DNA of 64,000 bases from assembly GCA_965223005.1 (NCBI GenBank), contig CBDCVK010000002.1:1-64000 (forward strand), written 5' to 3'. Position 1 is the first letter of the stretch; each line of letters begins with the position of its first letter. A program made the translations under genes and the position numbers. This document shows positions 55,381 through 64,000 of the stretch, in pieces. The notes beneath the pieces are model-generated. The model searched no databases, was not told the origin of the DNA, and was given only the letters and a program-made list of their open reading frames with translations. The stretch is from Terriglobia bacterium (GTDB lineage: Bacteria > Acidobacteriota > Terriglobia > JAJPHL01 > JAPKYU01).

Positions 55381-55520
55381 TTATCCGTACTGGCGCAGAC
55401 GCTCAACCGCGACTTGCTGTTCCTCCTTGCTGAACAGCGCCCGCCATTCCGGCTCCAGAATTCTTCCTTCGACCGTTAGATCAAGGCGCCCGCGCTCCCA
55501 CAGGGCAATGTATCCCTCTT
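55381..55520 (-). pseudogene. C-terminal remnant of a hypothetical protein
   Basis: GYIALWERGRLDLTVEGRILEPEWRALFSKEEQQVAVERLRQYG*, with no start. Confidence 0.45.
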
Positions 55521-55589
55521 AGACGCGTGTCGCGTGAAGTAGCCTGAATAACTGGTTCCAAGTCCGAGTGTGTCCGGTCAGAGAAGCTC

Positions 55590-55922
55590 CTAGCCAGGCT
55601 TGTGTTTTTGCCTGTCTATCTCCTTTCCTACGAACTGCCTGACAGCTGTTAAGTCCTCCGGCTCCAATCCCTCGAACTGCACACCCATCGACGTGTTGGG
55701 AACGACACGCACGACCACCGCTTTAGGTGAAATGATCTCCTGTGATCCTGGCAGGCTGAACGTTAACTGCACCGTCTCACCCTCCGGAGAGGGATTGCCC
55801 GTGTATATCAGCATTCCCCCTTCACTGATGTCTCCCGCTGCAGCGAGGAAGGAAAACCTACCCGCCTGCGTTCCCACCTTGGCGACAAGCTGAACCCGTG
55901 AAGACTTCCTACGATCAAACAC
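55590..55922 (-). CDS. PilZ-domain (c-di-GMP-binding) protein
   Basis: RRKSSR and DISEGG motifs; MGVQF. Confidence 0.88.
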   Translation of the reverse strand: MFDRRKSSRVQLVAKVGTQAGRFSFLAAAGDISEGGMLIYTGNPSPEGETVQLTFSLPGSQEIISPKAVVVRVVPNTSMGVQFEGLEPEDLTAVRQFVGKEIDRQKHKPG

Positions 55923-57161
55923 CCTACCTTACCTATCCACCGTAGATACCGCGCGGTGTCCGAGACCACCTCGGTCGACAACCATGCCGAGAAACCTCGT
56001 TTCCTGACCGGCACTTTTTGTACCAAGTGGAAAGAGAGAGAATCCACTTGAGGAGGAAGTGAGGTCATGCCGACAAGGAGTTACAAGCCGGAGCAGATTG
56101 TAGCGGTGCTACGGCAGATAGAAGTGCAGATGGGGAACGGGAAGACTGCGCCCCAAGCCTGCAAAGAAGCTGGAATCCACACCCAAACCTACTACCGGTG
56201 GCGGAAGGAATACGGCGGGCTGAAGGTGGAGCAGGCAAAACGGCTGAAGGAGTTGGAGAAGGAAAACACGCGGCTGAAGCGGTTGGTAGCGGAGCTTTCT
56301 CTGGAGAAGCAGGTGCTGCGGGATGTGGCACAGGGAAACTTCTGAGCCCTGAGCGGCGGCGTTGTGCGGTGGAGCGTGCGTGGGAGCAACACGGGTTGTC
56401 GGAACGGCATGCCTGCCGGCTGCTGGGGCAATGGCGAGGGACACAACGATACGAGCCGATTCATCGGGTGGACGAGGATGCTCTGACCCGAGCGATCATT
56501 GCCCTGGGAGCGAAGTACGGGCGATATGGCTACCGGAGGATCACAGCGTTGCTGCGGAGTGCGGGCTGGGAAGTGGGCAAGGACCGGGTGCAGCGGATTT
56601 GGCGGCGGGAAGGGCTGAAAGTGCCGCAAAAACAAAGGCCGCGAGGACGGCTGTGGCTGAACGACGGTTCCTGTGTACGACTGAGGCCGGAGCGACCGAA
56701 CCACGTGTGGAGCTACGACTTCATGAGTGCCAGAACGCACGAGGGGAGAACTCTGCGGCTGCTGACCTTGCTGGATGAGTACACGCGGGAATGCCTGGCG
56801 ATCCGGGTGGAGCGGAGGATGGGCAGCCAACAAATCATTGAGGCGTTGTCGGACGTGATGTTGTGGCGAGGGATACCGGAACAGATTCGATCCGACAATG
56901 GTCCCGAGTTCATCGCCAAACAACTGCGCCAGTGGTTGGCAAATCTAGGGACCGGGACACTGTACATCGAACCGGGCAGTCCCTGGGAGAACGGGTACTG
57001 CGAGAGTTTCAATGGGAAGCTGCGGGACGAATGCCTGAATGGAGAGATCTTCTACTCGTTGAAGGAGGCACAGGTGGTGATTGAACAGTGGAGGGTGCAA
57101 TACAACACGGTGCGGCCGCACTCGGCGCTCGGCTATAGGCCCCCGGCGCCGGGGGCCTATA

Positions 57162-58555
57162 GAGTCTGTGTGAAAACCGCTTTTGCGAGTCACGTATAAT
57201 GCGCCCTAAGGAGGCGCGATGAAATTCTTGCCCTACAACCCGGAGCAAGCGTATCTGCTGCCGCCCAGCGTGCGGGAGGTGCTGGGAGAAGATCACATCT
57301 GTTTTTTTGTGCACCAAGTCGTGGAGCGGCTAGAACTGAGTGCGCTTGAGCAGGGCTACGTCGAGGAGGGCCGCCCGGCCTATCACCCTGTCCTGCTGCT
57401 GAAAGTGTGGCTGTATGCCTACGTGTTGGGGCTCACCTCGGCGCGGCGGCTGGAGCAGCGGGTGCGGGAAGACTTGGCCTTCCGGTACCTGGCGGGTGGG
57501 GCCACACCGGATTTTTGGACCCTCAACCAGTTCCGCACGCGGCATGCCCGGGCGCTGAACGATCTGTTCACGCAGGTGGTGGAGTTGGCGCGTTCGCTCG
57601 GTATGGGTCGGCTGGGGCACGTCGCCGTCGACTCGACGCGGGTGGCGGCCAATGCCTCGTGCGAGCGCGTGGAGACGATGAAAAAGTTGCGGTCCGAGCG
57701 GGCTAAGGTTCGGCGGCAGATTCGCCGCTGGCAGAAGCAGTGCAATACGGCGGATCCCGAGGAAGCGCCGGGGCAGCAGGTCGCACCGGAGAAGATGGCA
57801 GCGCTCCAGCAGCGGCTGGAGGAGATTCCGCGGCGGTTGGAACAGTTGCGCAAAGTGGGCCGGGACAAGGTTTCGCTCACCGATGCCGACAGCCGATTTT
57901 TGCGGGACCGCAAAGGATTCACGCTGGGCTACACAGCAACGGCGGCGGTCAGCGAAGATCATCTGATCGTCGAACAACGGGTCGGGCAAAATCCTACCGA
58001 CAACGCCATGCTGGTTCCGGTGGTCGAGGCGGTCGAGCAACACTGCCGGGAACGGCCTCAGAAGGTCAGTGCCGACAGCGGCTACTTTCGCTTGGAGACC
58101 ATCGTGGAACTGGCCCAGCGTGGCCTAGACGTCTATGTGCCCGACTCGAACTTGGCACGGGAACTGAACCGAGGCCAACGCGCGCCCGAAGCGCCTGCTG
58201 TACGGCATCCGGAACACCGGCGCATGCGACGCAAGTTGCGCGATCCGGCTGGCCGGGCGGTTTATCAGCGGCGCAAGGCGATCGTGGAACCCGTGTTCGG
58301 GGTTTTGAAACAACAGCGTGGAATGCGACAGTTCCGGAGGCGGGGCCTGGGGAAGGTCGCGGTGGAGTTCGCGCTGGCCGCAACGGCCTTCAACCTCACT
58401 CGCCTGTGGCGCAACAAACCAAAGCTAGATCAGGAAGGCTAGTTCAGCAGACTCCCGGACCGGCGACTCGGCAAAGATCGAAACAACAAAATTCTGCAGG
58501 GGATCATGATCCCTCTTGATTTCCAGCCAGCTAAACCGAGTTTCCACACAGACTC
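57162..58555 (+). mobile_element. IS1182-family element with TATA target duplication
   Basis: GAGTCTGTGTGAAAAC ... GTTTCCACACAGACTC TIRs flanked by TATA on both sides. Confidence 0.92.
57219..58442 (+). CDS. IS1182-family transposase
   Basis: GRPAYHP, AVDST, SLTDADS, ADSGY, YQRRKAIVEPVFG. Confidence 0.93.
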   Translation: MKFLPYNPEQAYLLPPSVREVLGEDHICFFVHQVVERLELSALEQGYVEEGRPAYHPVLLLKVWLYAYVLGLTSARRLEQRVREDLAFRYLAGGATPDFWTLNQFRTRHARALNDLFTQVVELARSLGMGRLGHVAVDSTRVAANASCERVETMKKLRSERAKVRRQIRRWQKQCNTADPEEAPGQQVAPEKMAALQQRLEEIPRRLEQLRKVGRDKVSLTDADSRFLRDRKGFTLGYTATAAVSEDHLIVEQRVGQNPTDNAMLVPVVEAVEQHCRERPQKVSADSGYFRLETIVELAQRGLDVYVPDSNLARELNRGQRAPEAPAVRHPEHRRMRRKLRDPAGRAVYQRRKAIVEPVFGVLKQQRGMRQFRRRGLGKVAVEFALAATAFNLTRLWRNKPKLDQEG

Positions 58556-58751
58556 TATAGCCCTCCCCTGCCACTGAAACCAGTTTCACAGCCCCAGGCT
58601 GCGATGTAAACTCTCACTACGGTTGGTACAAAAAATCGGTCTGGTCAACCTGTGCATAAGACAGCACGCTATCTCAGTGCATCGGTGACGGCGGAGCCTG
58701 CATGTTCACCATCAACTTGACAGTGCCTCCGGGCACAGTTTAGCGGACGCC

Positions 58752-58786
58752 AATGTGTGCCTGTTGGGCACACATTATGCTACGCT
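58752..58786 (+). promoter_or_regulatory. TA operator palindrome and extended -10
   Basis: AATGTGTGCC-N5-GGCACACATT, then TGCTACGCT, 7 nt before the GTG start. Confidence 0.65.
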
Positions 58787-58793
58787 GTCCTGC

Positions 58794-59087
58794 GTGAAAG
58801 TCTTCGCCTGGGACGACGCCAAAAACGCGAAGCTCAGAGCGAACCGGGGCATCGGGTTCGAGGACATCGTTTTCCATATCGAGCGCGGTGACTTGCTCGA
58901 CATTCTCGAACACCCGAACCCCAACCGTTACGCCGGCCAACGCATCTTCGTTGTCCAACGCGACGACTACGTGTATCTGGTGCCGTACGTCGAGGACGAG
59001 GACACGGTCTTCCTGAAGACGATCATTCCGAGTCGGAAGGCCACAACTCAGTATCTCGGTGAGGAGTCTGACGACCATGAAGATTGA
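58794..59087 (+). CDS. BrnT-family toxin
   Basis: FAWDDAKNAKL...RGIGFEDI...FLKTIIPSRKAT. Confidence 0.88.
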   Translation: MKVFAWDDAKNAKLRANRGIGFEDIVFHIERGDLLDILEHPNPNRYAGQRIFVVQRDDYVYLVPYVEDEDTVFLKTIIPSRKATTQYLGEESDDHED

Positions 59088-59343
59088 CGCCCAAGAAAAG
59101 GACCTGCTCGAGTCAGTCGAGCGCGGAGAGTGGAAGTCTACCGGTGGCGGCAAGCAAAAACGAACGCGCTACGCTCGCTACGCCAAGGCCACGTTCCGCA
59201 AGGACCGCCGGCTGAATATTCGGCTATCGAGCAAGGATCTGGAGGCGATCCAGAAGCGCGCGCTTGCCGAGGGGCTGCCGTACCAGACCCTGATCTCGAG
59301 CCTGTTGCACAAGTACGCCTCCGGGTACCTCAAGGAGGTCTGA
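59077..59343 (+). CDS. Cognate antitoxin (BrnA/CopG-like RHH)
   Basis: RLNIRLSSKDLEAIQKRALAEGLPYQTLISSLLHKY; overlaps the toxin gene. Confidence 0.88.
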   Translation: MKIDAQEKDLLESVERGEWKSTGGGKQKRTRYARYAKATFRKDRRLNIRLSSKDLEAIQKRALAEGLPYQTLISSLLHKYASGYLKEV

Positions 59344-59454
59344 TCCTGGCTGGTCCATCGGCCCGTCACCCCGCTATTGTGAACGCCGAGGATTAACAGC
59401 CTAGCGAAACAGCTGAGCCTTCACGGCCGCGACCGCGAGCAGCCCGCCGCACAC

Positions 59455-59560
59455 GACCGCGCGCCGCCTGGTCGACGCCTCCCTCAGCCCCAACACCCGC
59501 CGCGCCTACGCCGGCGCCCTCCGCCGCCTCGACGCCTGGCTCGATGGGCGCGAGTTCCTA
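59455..59560 (+). pseudogene. Fragment of a Cre-like tyrosine recombinase N-terminal domain
   Basis: ARRLVDASLSPNTRRAYAGALRRLDAWLDGR. Confidence 0.55.
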
Positions 59561-59777
59561 GGGCTGCCGGACAGTGCCGTGAGGGTCGGGAGCATGAGCG
59601 ATTGAAAGTCAGGGACGGGCAATGAGTCTTCCTCCGTTCTGTCTACACCCCCGGGGCTAGGCGTCACGCGGACGACTCGACGGGAGTCACCACGATCGCT
59701 CCGATCCGTTCCCGGTAGCTACGGGTGGCAATCGCCAATCATTACCGCTGATCCGTACCGGAGAACGGAAACGGGCA

Positions 59778-59945
59778 TCAGAACCGGAACAGCCGGTTGA
59801 ACTTTACGACGAAGCTGCGGTTGCGCAGATCCCAGCCCCGGTTGGGCTGCAAGCCGCCGGTGACGTCACGGTCGTCGGTGTAGACCACGAACAGCCCGCT
59901 GCCCGGGCTCTACTCCCACCGCAGCCGCAGGTTGCTGCCGAAGGA
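59778..59945 (-). pseudogene. C-terminal remnant of an outer-membrane beta-barrel (DUF5916-like)
   Basis: NLRLRWE*SPGSGLFVVY...RNRSFVVKFNRLFRF* with a terminal Phe. Confidence 0.55.
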
Positions 59946-60163
59946 GTTGCTGGCTGGGACGGATCGCCAGCCCCTGGAAGTGCGGCCGGGGCATGGTTTC
60001 CGGGCGCGTCGAGCTAGAGGCGCGTTGAACTCCGTTTATCTGGCGACAAGCTGTTCCATATCTAACGGTAGAGTCACCGAGGTGGCCGAGGGCGTTACTG
60101 TATGGAATGGCAGCAAGGGCAACACTTGTGTTCGACCCCACCGACGCCCCCCGCCGACGACGA

Positions 60164-60603
60164 ATGAACATCACTCTCGACACGAACTGCATCATCGCTC
60201 TGGAAGAAAACAGGCCCGACGCTCGGTACTTGCGCCGTATCGTGCAACGTGCGACAGAGCAACAGTTAAGATTGCGTGTTGCTGGGATCAGCGCGTCGGA
60301 GCGACAACCCGATGGGAAATACTCCGAGAGTTTCTTTGATTTCCAGACGAAGATCGCCGAGATCGGCCTTAAAAAAGATGTTGAGATCCTGCTACCACCA
60401 CTCATCTGGGGCGTGACGTTTTTGGACGAGAGCTTCTACGGAACTGAGGCAGGTTAACGAAGAGGCTAAGCGAATTCACGAGATTCTGTTCCCAACCAGC
60501 CCTTTCGAGCATGAAGACTATTGCAGGCACTTCGGCCTCGATCCCGCAGCACGCGACAGTGACCGGAGATGGCTGAACCGTGCGATTGATACATGGGCTC
60601 TTT
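60164..60603 (+). pseudogene. PIN-like domain protein, frameshifted and truncated by IS256
   Basis: ITLDTNCII start; continues in another frame as RIHEILFP...RWLNRAIDTWAL up to the IS end. Confidence 0.55.
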
Positions 60604-62042
60604 GAGAGTGTCTCACCTTTAGTTGAAAGTCGAGCGGCGGTTCGCTGACCTGGTTCCGTAGAATCGGGTTGGGAAACTTTCTGGAAAGGGGAACCGCCGT
60701 GCAGAGAAGCTACCACATCCTAGGCCGGAGCGATAGCCGAAGCTCCCGCAAACTGGCTGCCTACCTGGCTCGCCACGGGCAGTTTCTGCTGCCCTGGGTG
60801 GAGTTGATCGAACAATCGCGGTTAGCCGTCGACGAGCTGATCGACGTGGTGGGTAGGGCGGCGATTGAAGCGGTGCTGGAGTTGTCGGCCGCGCAGGTGG
60901 CCGGTCCACGCCGTCAGGGCCGGCGGCGCCGTGGGGTAGGCTGGTATGGGCGCCAGCGGGGACGGGTGCGCCTGAAGGAGAGAAAGCTGGCCGTGCACAG
61001 GCCACGGCTCCGGCGGCCAGGCCGGGGAGCGGGGAAAGAAGTTCCCCTCCCGGCCTACGAAGCCATGCAGGAGGGCGAGGGTCTGGGGGCCCGGATGTTG
61101 GATATCTTGCTGCGGGGCGTCTCGACCCGGCAGTACCAGCGGGTGTTGCCGGAGATGGCGGACACCGTGGGTGTGTCGCGCTCCACGGTCAGCCGGGAAA
61201 CGATGGAGGCTGCCGCAGCCGAGTTAGAACGTCTGTTGAACCGCCGCTTCGAGGAAGTAGAGTTGCTGATCCTCTACATCGACGGGATGGTGTTTGGCGA
61301 CCATCACGTGATTGCGGCTGTGGGCGTGGATGCGGAAGGGCACAAGCACGTGCTGGGGATTCAGGAGGGGGCTACGGAGAACGCCGCGGCCGTCCAGGAC
61401 TTGCTGGAAGGTTTAGTGCGGCGAGGGGTGCAGCCGGCCCAGAAACGGCTGTTTGTGATCGACGGCTCGAAGGCCTTGCGGGCGGCGATCCGCGCCGTGT
61501 TCGGGGCCGAGCAGCCGGTGCAGCGCTGCCGCGCCCACAAGTTGCGCAACGTCCTGGACCGGTTGCCGGAGCCAGAGCGGGACCAGGTGCGGGCGGCGAT
61601 GCGGGCCGCCTGGCGGTTGGATCCGAAGACCGGCAGGGCCAAGCTGGAGAAGTTGGCCCAATGGTTGGAGCGAGATTGTCCGGCCGCGGCGGCCAGCTTG
61701 CGGGAGGGTCTGGAGGAATGTTTCACCATCAACCGGCTGGGGCTTCCGGCTTCGCTGCATCGCTGTCTGGCCACCACCAATCTCATCGAGAGTCCGCAGG
61801 CGGGAGTGAGGTTGCGAACTCGCCAGGTGTGCCGCTGGCGGGATGCGGCCATGGTCCAGCGCTGGGTCGCCTCCAACTTCCTGGCCACGGAGAAAAACTT
61901 CCGCCGCCTGATGGGGTACCAGGACCTGTGGATGTTGAAAGCGATCCTCGAAGGATCAAAGTCGGCCACTCGACGGGAGGTGGCGTAGTATGATGGCTCC
62001 GAACCGCCGCTACGAACTTTCAACTGAGTTCAGGACACCCTC
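60604..62042 (+). mobile_element. IS256-family element (no TSD)
   Basis: GAGAGTGTCTCACCTTTAGTTGAAAGT / ACTTTCAACTGAGTTCAGGACACCCTC TIRs. Confidence 0.9.
60699..61988 (+). CDS. IS256-family transposase
   Basis: GVSTR, LYIDG, VIDGSKAL, QRCRAH, TTNLIES. Confidence 0.95.
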   Translation: MQRSYHILGRSDSRSSRKLAAYLARHGQFLLPWVELIEQSRLAVDELIDVVGRAAIEAVLELSAAQVAGPRRQGRRRRGVGWYGRQRGRVRLKERKLAVHRPRLRRPGRGAGKEVPLPAYEAMQEGEGLGARMLDILLRGVSTRQYQRVLPEMADTVGVSRSTVSRETMEAAAAELERLLNRRFEEVELLILYIDGMVFGDHHVIAAVGVDAEGHKHVLGIQEGATENAAAVQDLLEGLVRRGVQPAQKRLFVIDGSKALRAAIRAVFGAEQPVQRCRAHKLRNVLDRLPEPERDQVRAAMRAAWRLDPKTGRAKLEKLAQWLERDCPAAAASLREGLEECFTINRLGLPASLHRCLATTNLIESPQAGVRLRTRQVCRWRDAAMVQRWVASNFLATEKNFRRLMGYQDLWMLKAILEGSKSATRREVA

Positions 62043-62683
62043 GTTGTCTGACCTCCATAGGCTCACCGGACACTACCATCCCGTTGTTCCCCTGAGCAAG
62101 TGGTCTCAAGAATGGGACACCAGCCGGTCGAATAATTGTACTGGACAGCATCCCTCCTGGCAGCAAGCATGGGAACTGCAAGTCACTCTGAAAGGAGTGG
62201 GGTTGGAAGTGCGGTTGGATCGCCTTCTGGCCCGCAATAGAAGCTGGAGGTCGATGAGAAAGGGCAAGAAGGAGACTTCGCTCTTGCGGGCCAGAAGGGG
62301 GTCCAATTGCAGGTCATTCGGAAAGGAGGTTTCCTATTCCACCCGATGAAGAGTGGGTGGGCGACTATGCGCCTAGTCAACTGACTGACTGCGCCGTTCA
62401 CACTCCGGACCGAGAGTTCCGGTTATCGGTCCAGCGGCTAATACGCACCGCGGGATCGCGTGCAGCCACTGAGGCGATGCAAAAAAAGCTCAGGAATAAG
62501 ATAAATGACTGAGCGCTGGGACGGAAAGTCCTATGAGCCTCGTGAGGGCAGTTGCGGGACAGAGGTCGCCCAACCCCACTTAAATGTTTTGGAGTTTCGG
62601 TAGGTTGTCGTCGTCAAAATAAGAGTGAGCCGCGTGGGTTGGTGCTGTCTGCCGCGCGGGACAAACCAGAAGGGGCAAAGGAC

Positions 62684-62959
62684 ATGGGATACAAGGACGA
62701 AGGTGGCAGCCGGGTCCGGTGGTTTCTGGCAGGGGTCAGTTTCGGAGCACCATTGGCCATGCTGTACGCGCCCCGCTCGGGCCGCATCACGCGCCGCTAT
62801 CTTTCCAGGAAGGCCAATAAAGGGCGACACTTCGTTTCCGACCGGGGACATGAACTCTACGACCGCGGCCGGGAAGTGGTGGACCGGGGCCGGGAACTCG
62901 TGGAAGATGCCTCAGGGTTGGCAGAACTCGGTCGCAAGTACCTTCGCGGCTACGGATAG
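62684..62959 (+). CDS. YtxH-domain protein
   Basis: FLAGVSFGAPLAMLYAPRSGRITR. Confidence 0.85.
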   Translation: MGYKDEGGSRVRWFLAGVSFGAPLAMLYAPRSGRITRRYLSRKANKGRHFVSDRGHELYDRGREVVDRGRELVEDASGLAELGRKYLRGYG

Positions 62960-63146
62960 CAGTTCAACCGGGCTTTCTGGGGAATTTCTTTTTTTTCGGC
63001 CTATTGTCTGGGCGGGGGTTCCCAATGATGCTCGTTGCTTTTCTCTCCCTTCTGGTTGTGATGCTTCTGCTGATGAGCCTGACCGGGCCGCCCGGGCTGA
63101 CTTCCGGTAGCAGGTAGATGCCGCTCCCGTAACAGGAGGTGGCACT

Positions 63147-63597
63147 ATGCTATCCACACGCCTCATCCAGATGATTGAAGCTCACGCCGAGCAGCTCACC
63201 CAGGGCCTCGTCCAACAGTTGAAGTCGCACCCGCGCACCGCCTCCTACAAGCGTTTCTCCGACACCGAGATTCACAACCGCACCTACACCGTGTACAAGA
63301 ACCTCGGCGCCTGGACGGTGGGCAAGTCCGAGGGAGAAATCCGGCGTACCTACAAAGAACTTGGATTGGATCGCTTCGAGGAGTGCATCCCCACTGCACG
63401 AGGTGATCTACGCACTGATCATCACCAGGAAGCACCTGCTGAATTACGTGCGCACCCAAGGGCTGGGCGGCACGGCACTGGAGATTTACGGCGAACAGGA
63501 GCTGGCCAGCCAGGTCAACCAGTTTTATGACAGCGCCATCTACTACACGGCGGTCGGCTACGAACGTGCCCTGCGCCAGCTGGAGCGCCCGGCCTAG
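63147..63597 (+). CDS. Hypothetical protein (RsbRD N-terminal-like), frameshifted near 63390
   Basis: GGAGGT RBS; removing one C in ATCCCCACTG joins ...RFEECIPLHEVIYAL...FYDSAIYYTAVGYE. Confidence 0.65.
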
Positions 63598-63634
63598 CGG
63601 CTTGCCGAAGATCCCGACTGGAGGAGGAATAGCG

Positions 63635-64000
63635 ATGCGTGCCCCACCCAATGTCCTTGTCGTAGTGAGTGGGTCCTCGGATTGTGTCGCCATTTACGCG
63701 CACCTGCAGCCCCTTGGGATTACGGTCCGCCGCGCTGATGGCCTGCTGGACGCCATTCTACGCCAGGCGGATTCCCCATCCAGTGTCATCCTCTGCGACA
63801 CAGATTGCCTGGATTGGAAGGAAGCGGTGAATCTGTTCCAGCGCTTGAAAACGCCGGGCGCGGTCGTGCTCCTGACTCGGCTGGCCGACGAACGTCTCTG
63901 GGTTGAGACGCTGGACGCGGGCGCCTTTGACCTGCTGGAGAAGCCTTACCGGCCAGAGAATCTGCGTTGGGTGGTTTCCACGGCCCTGAAGCACAGGCCG
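63635..64000 (+). CDS. Receiver-domain protein, partial, frameshifted near 63855
   Basis: GGAGGAGG RBS; VILCD...; VVLLTRLADERLWVETLDAGAFDLLEKPY. Confidence 0.7.
   Translation, partial: MRAPPNVLVVVSGSSDCVAIYAHLQPLGITVRRADGLLDAILRQADSPSSVILCDTDCLDWKEAVNLFQRLKTPGAVVLLTRLADERLWVETLDAGAFDLLEKPYRPENLRWVVSTALKHRP

Larger units (their letters stand above)
56005..58647 (+). mobile_element. IS3-family (IS407-like) element interrupted by IS1182
   Basis: TGACCGGCACTTTTTGTACCAA / TTGGTACAAAAAATCGGTCTGGTCA ends; orfA 56067..56345; GGGAAAC slip site; orfB WSYDF, RSDNGPEF, ENGYCES. Confidence 0.9.

Noticed and set aside
62043-62400. ORF 61990..62349 after IS256
   Set aside because: It starts inside the IS end and shows no recognisable domain; at most a gene stump.

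Overview
GC-rich bacterial chromosomal window, most consistent with an Acidobacteriota genome (TIGR03437-type fragments, Acidobacteria-type REP, atp operon lacking a/c subunits). Scattered indels, including differences between two near-identical IS3 copies, suggest a long-read or MAG consensus, so pseudogene calls need caution. 1-29 kb is mostly core: tRNA-His, ugd, aroF, glyA, a GT4 glycosyltransferase, an L,D-transpeptidase, an orphan solute-binding protein/histidine kinase/sigma-54 activator operon, mraZ-rsmH-ftsL-ftsI-murE and atpF'F-HAGDC. 29-50 kb is a patchwork of accessory enzymes and gene remnants around kdsA. 50-62 kb is a decayed island at tRNA-Leu(TAA) with a tyrosine integrase, IS3 (two types), a nested IS1182, IS256, a BrnT-type TA pair and a tRNA-fMet att fragment. 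The strongest unannotated signals are a leaderless Phe/Tyr/Trp leader peptide with an antiterminator/terminator upstream of aroF, an internally deleted but in-frame rpiB mini-gene overlapping the glyA start, a REP-carrying MITE inside the atp operon, a small ORF between the MraZ-box promoter and mraZ, and a solitary attC-like site. All family assignments are from motif recognition; no database searches were run.
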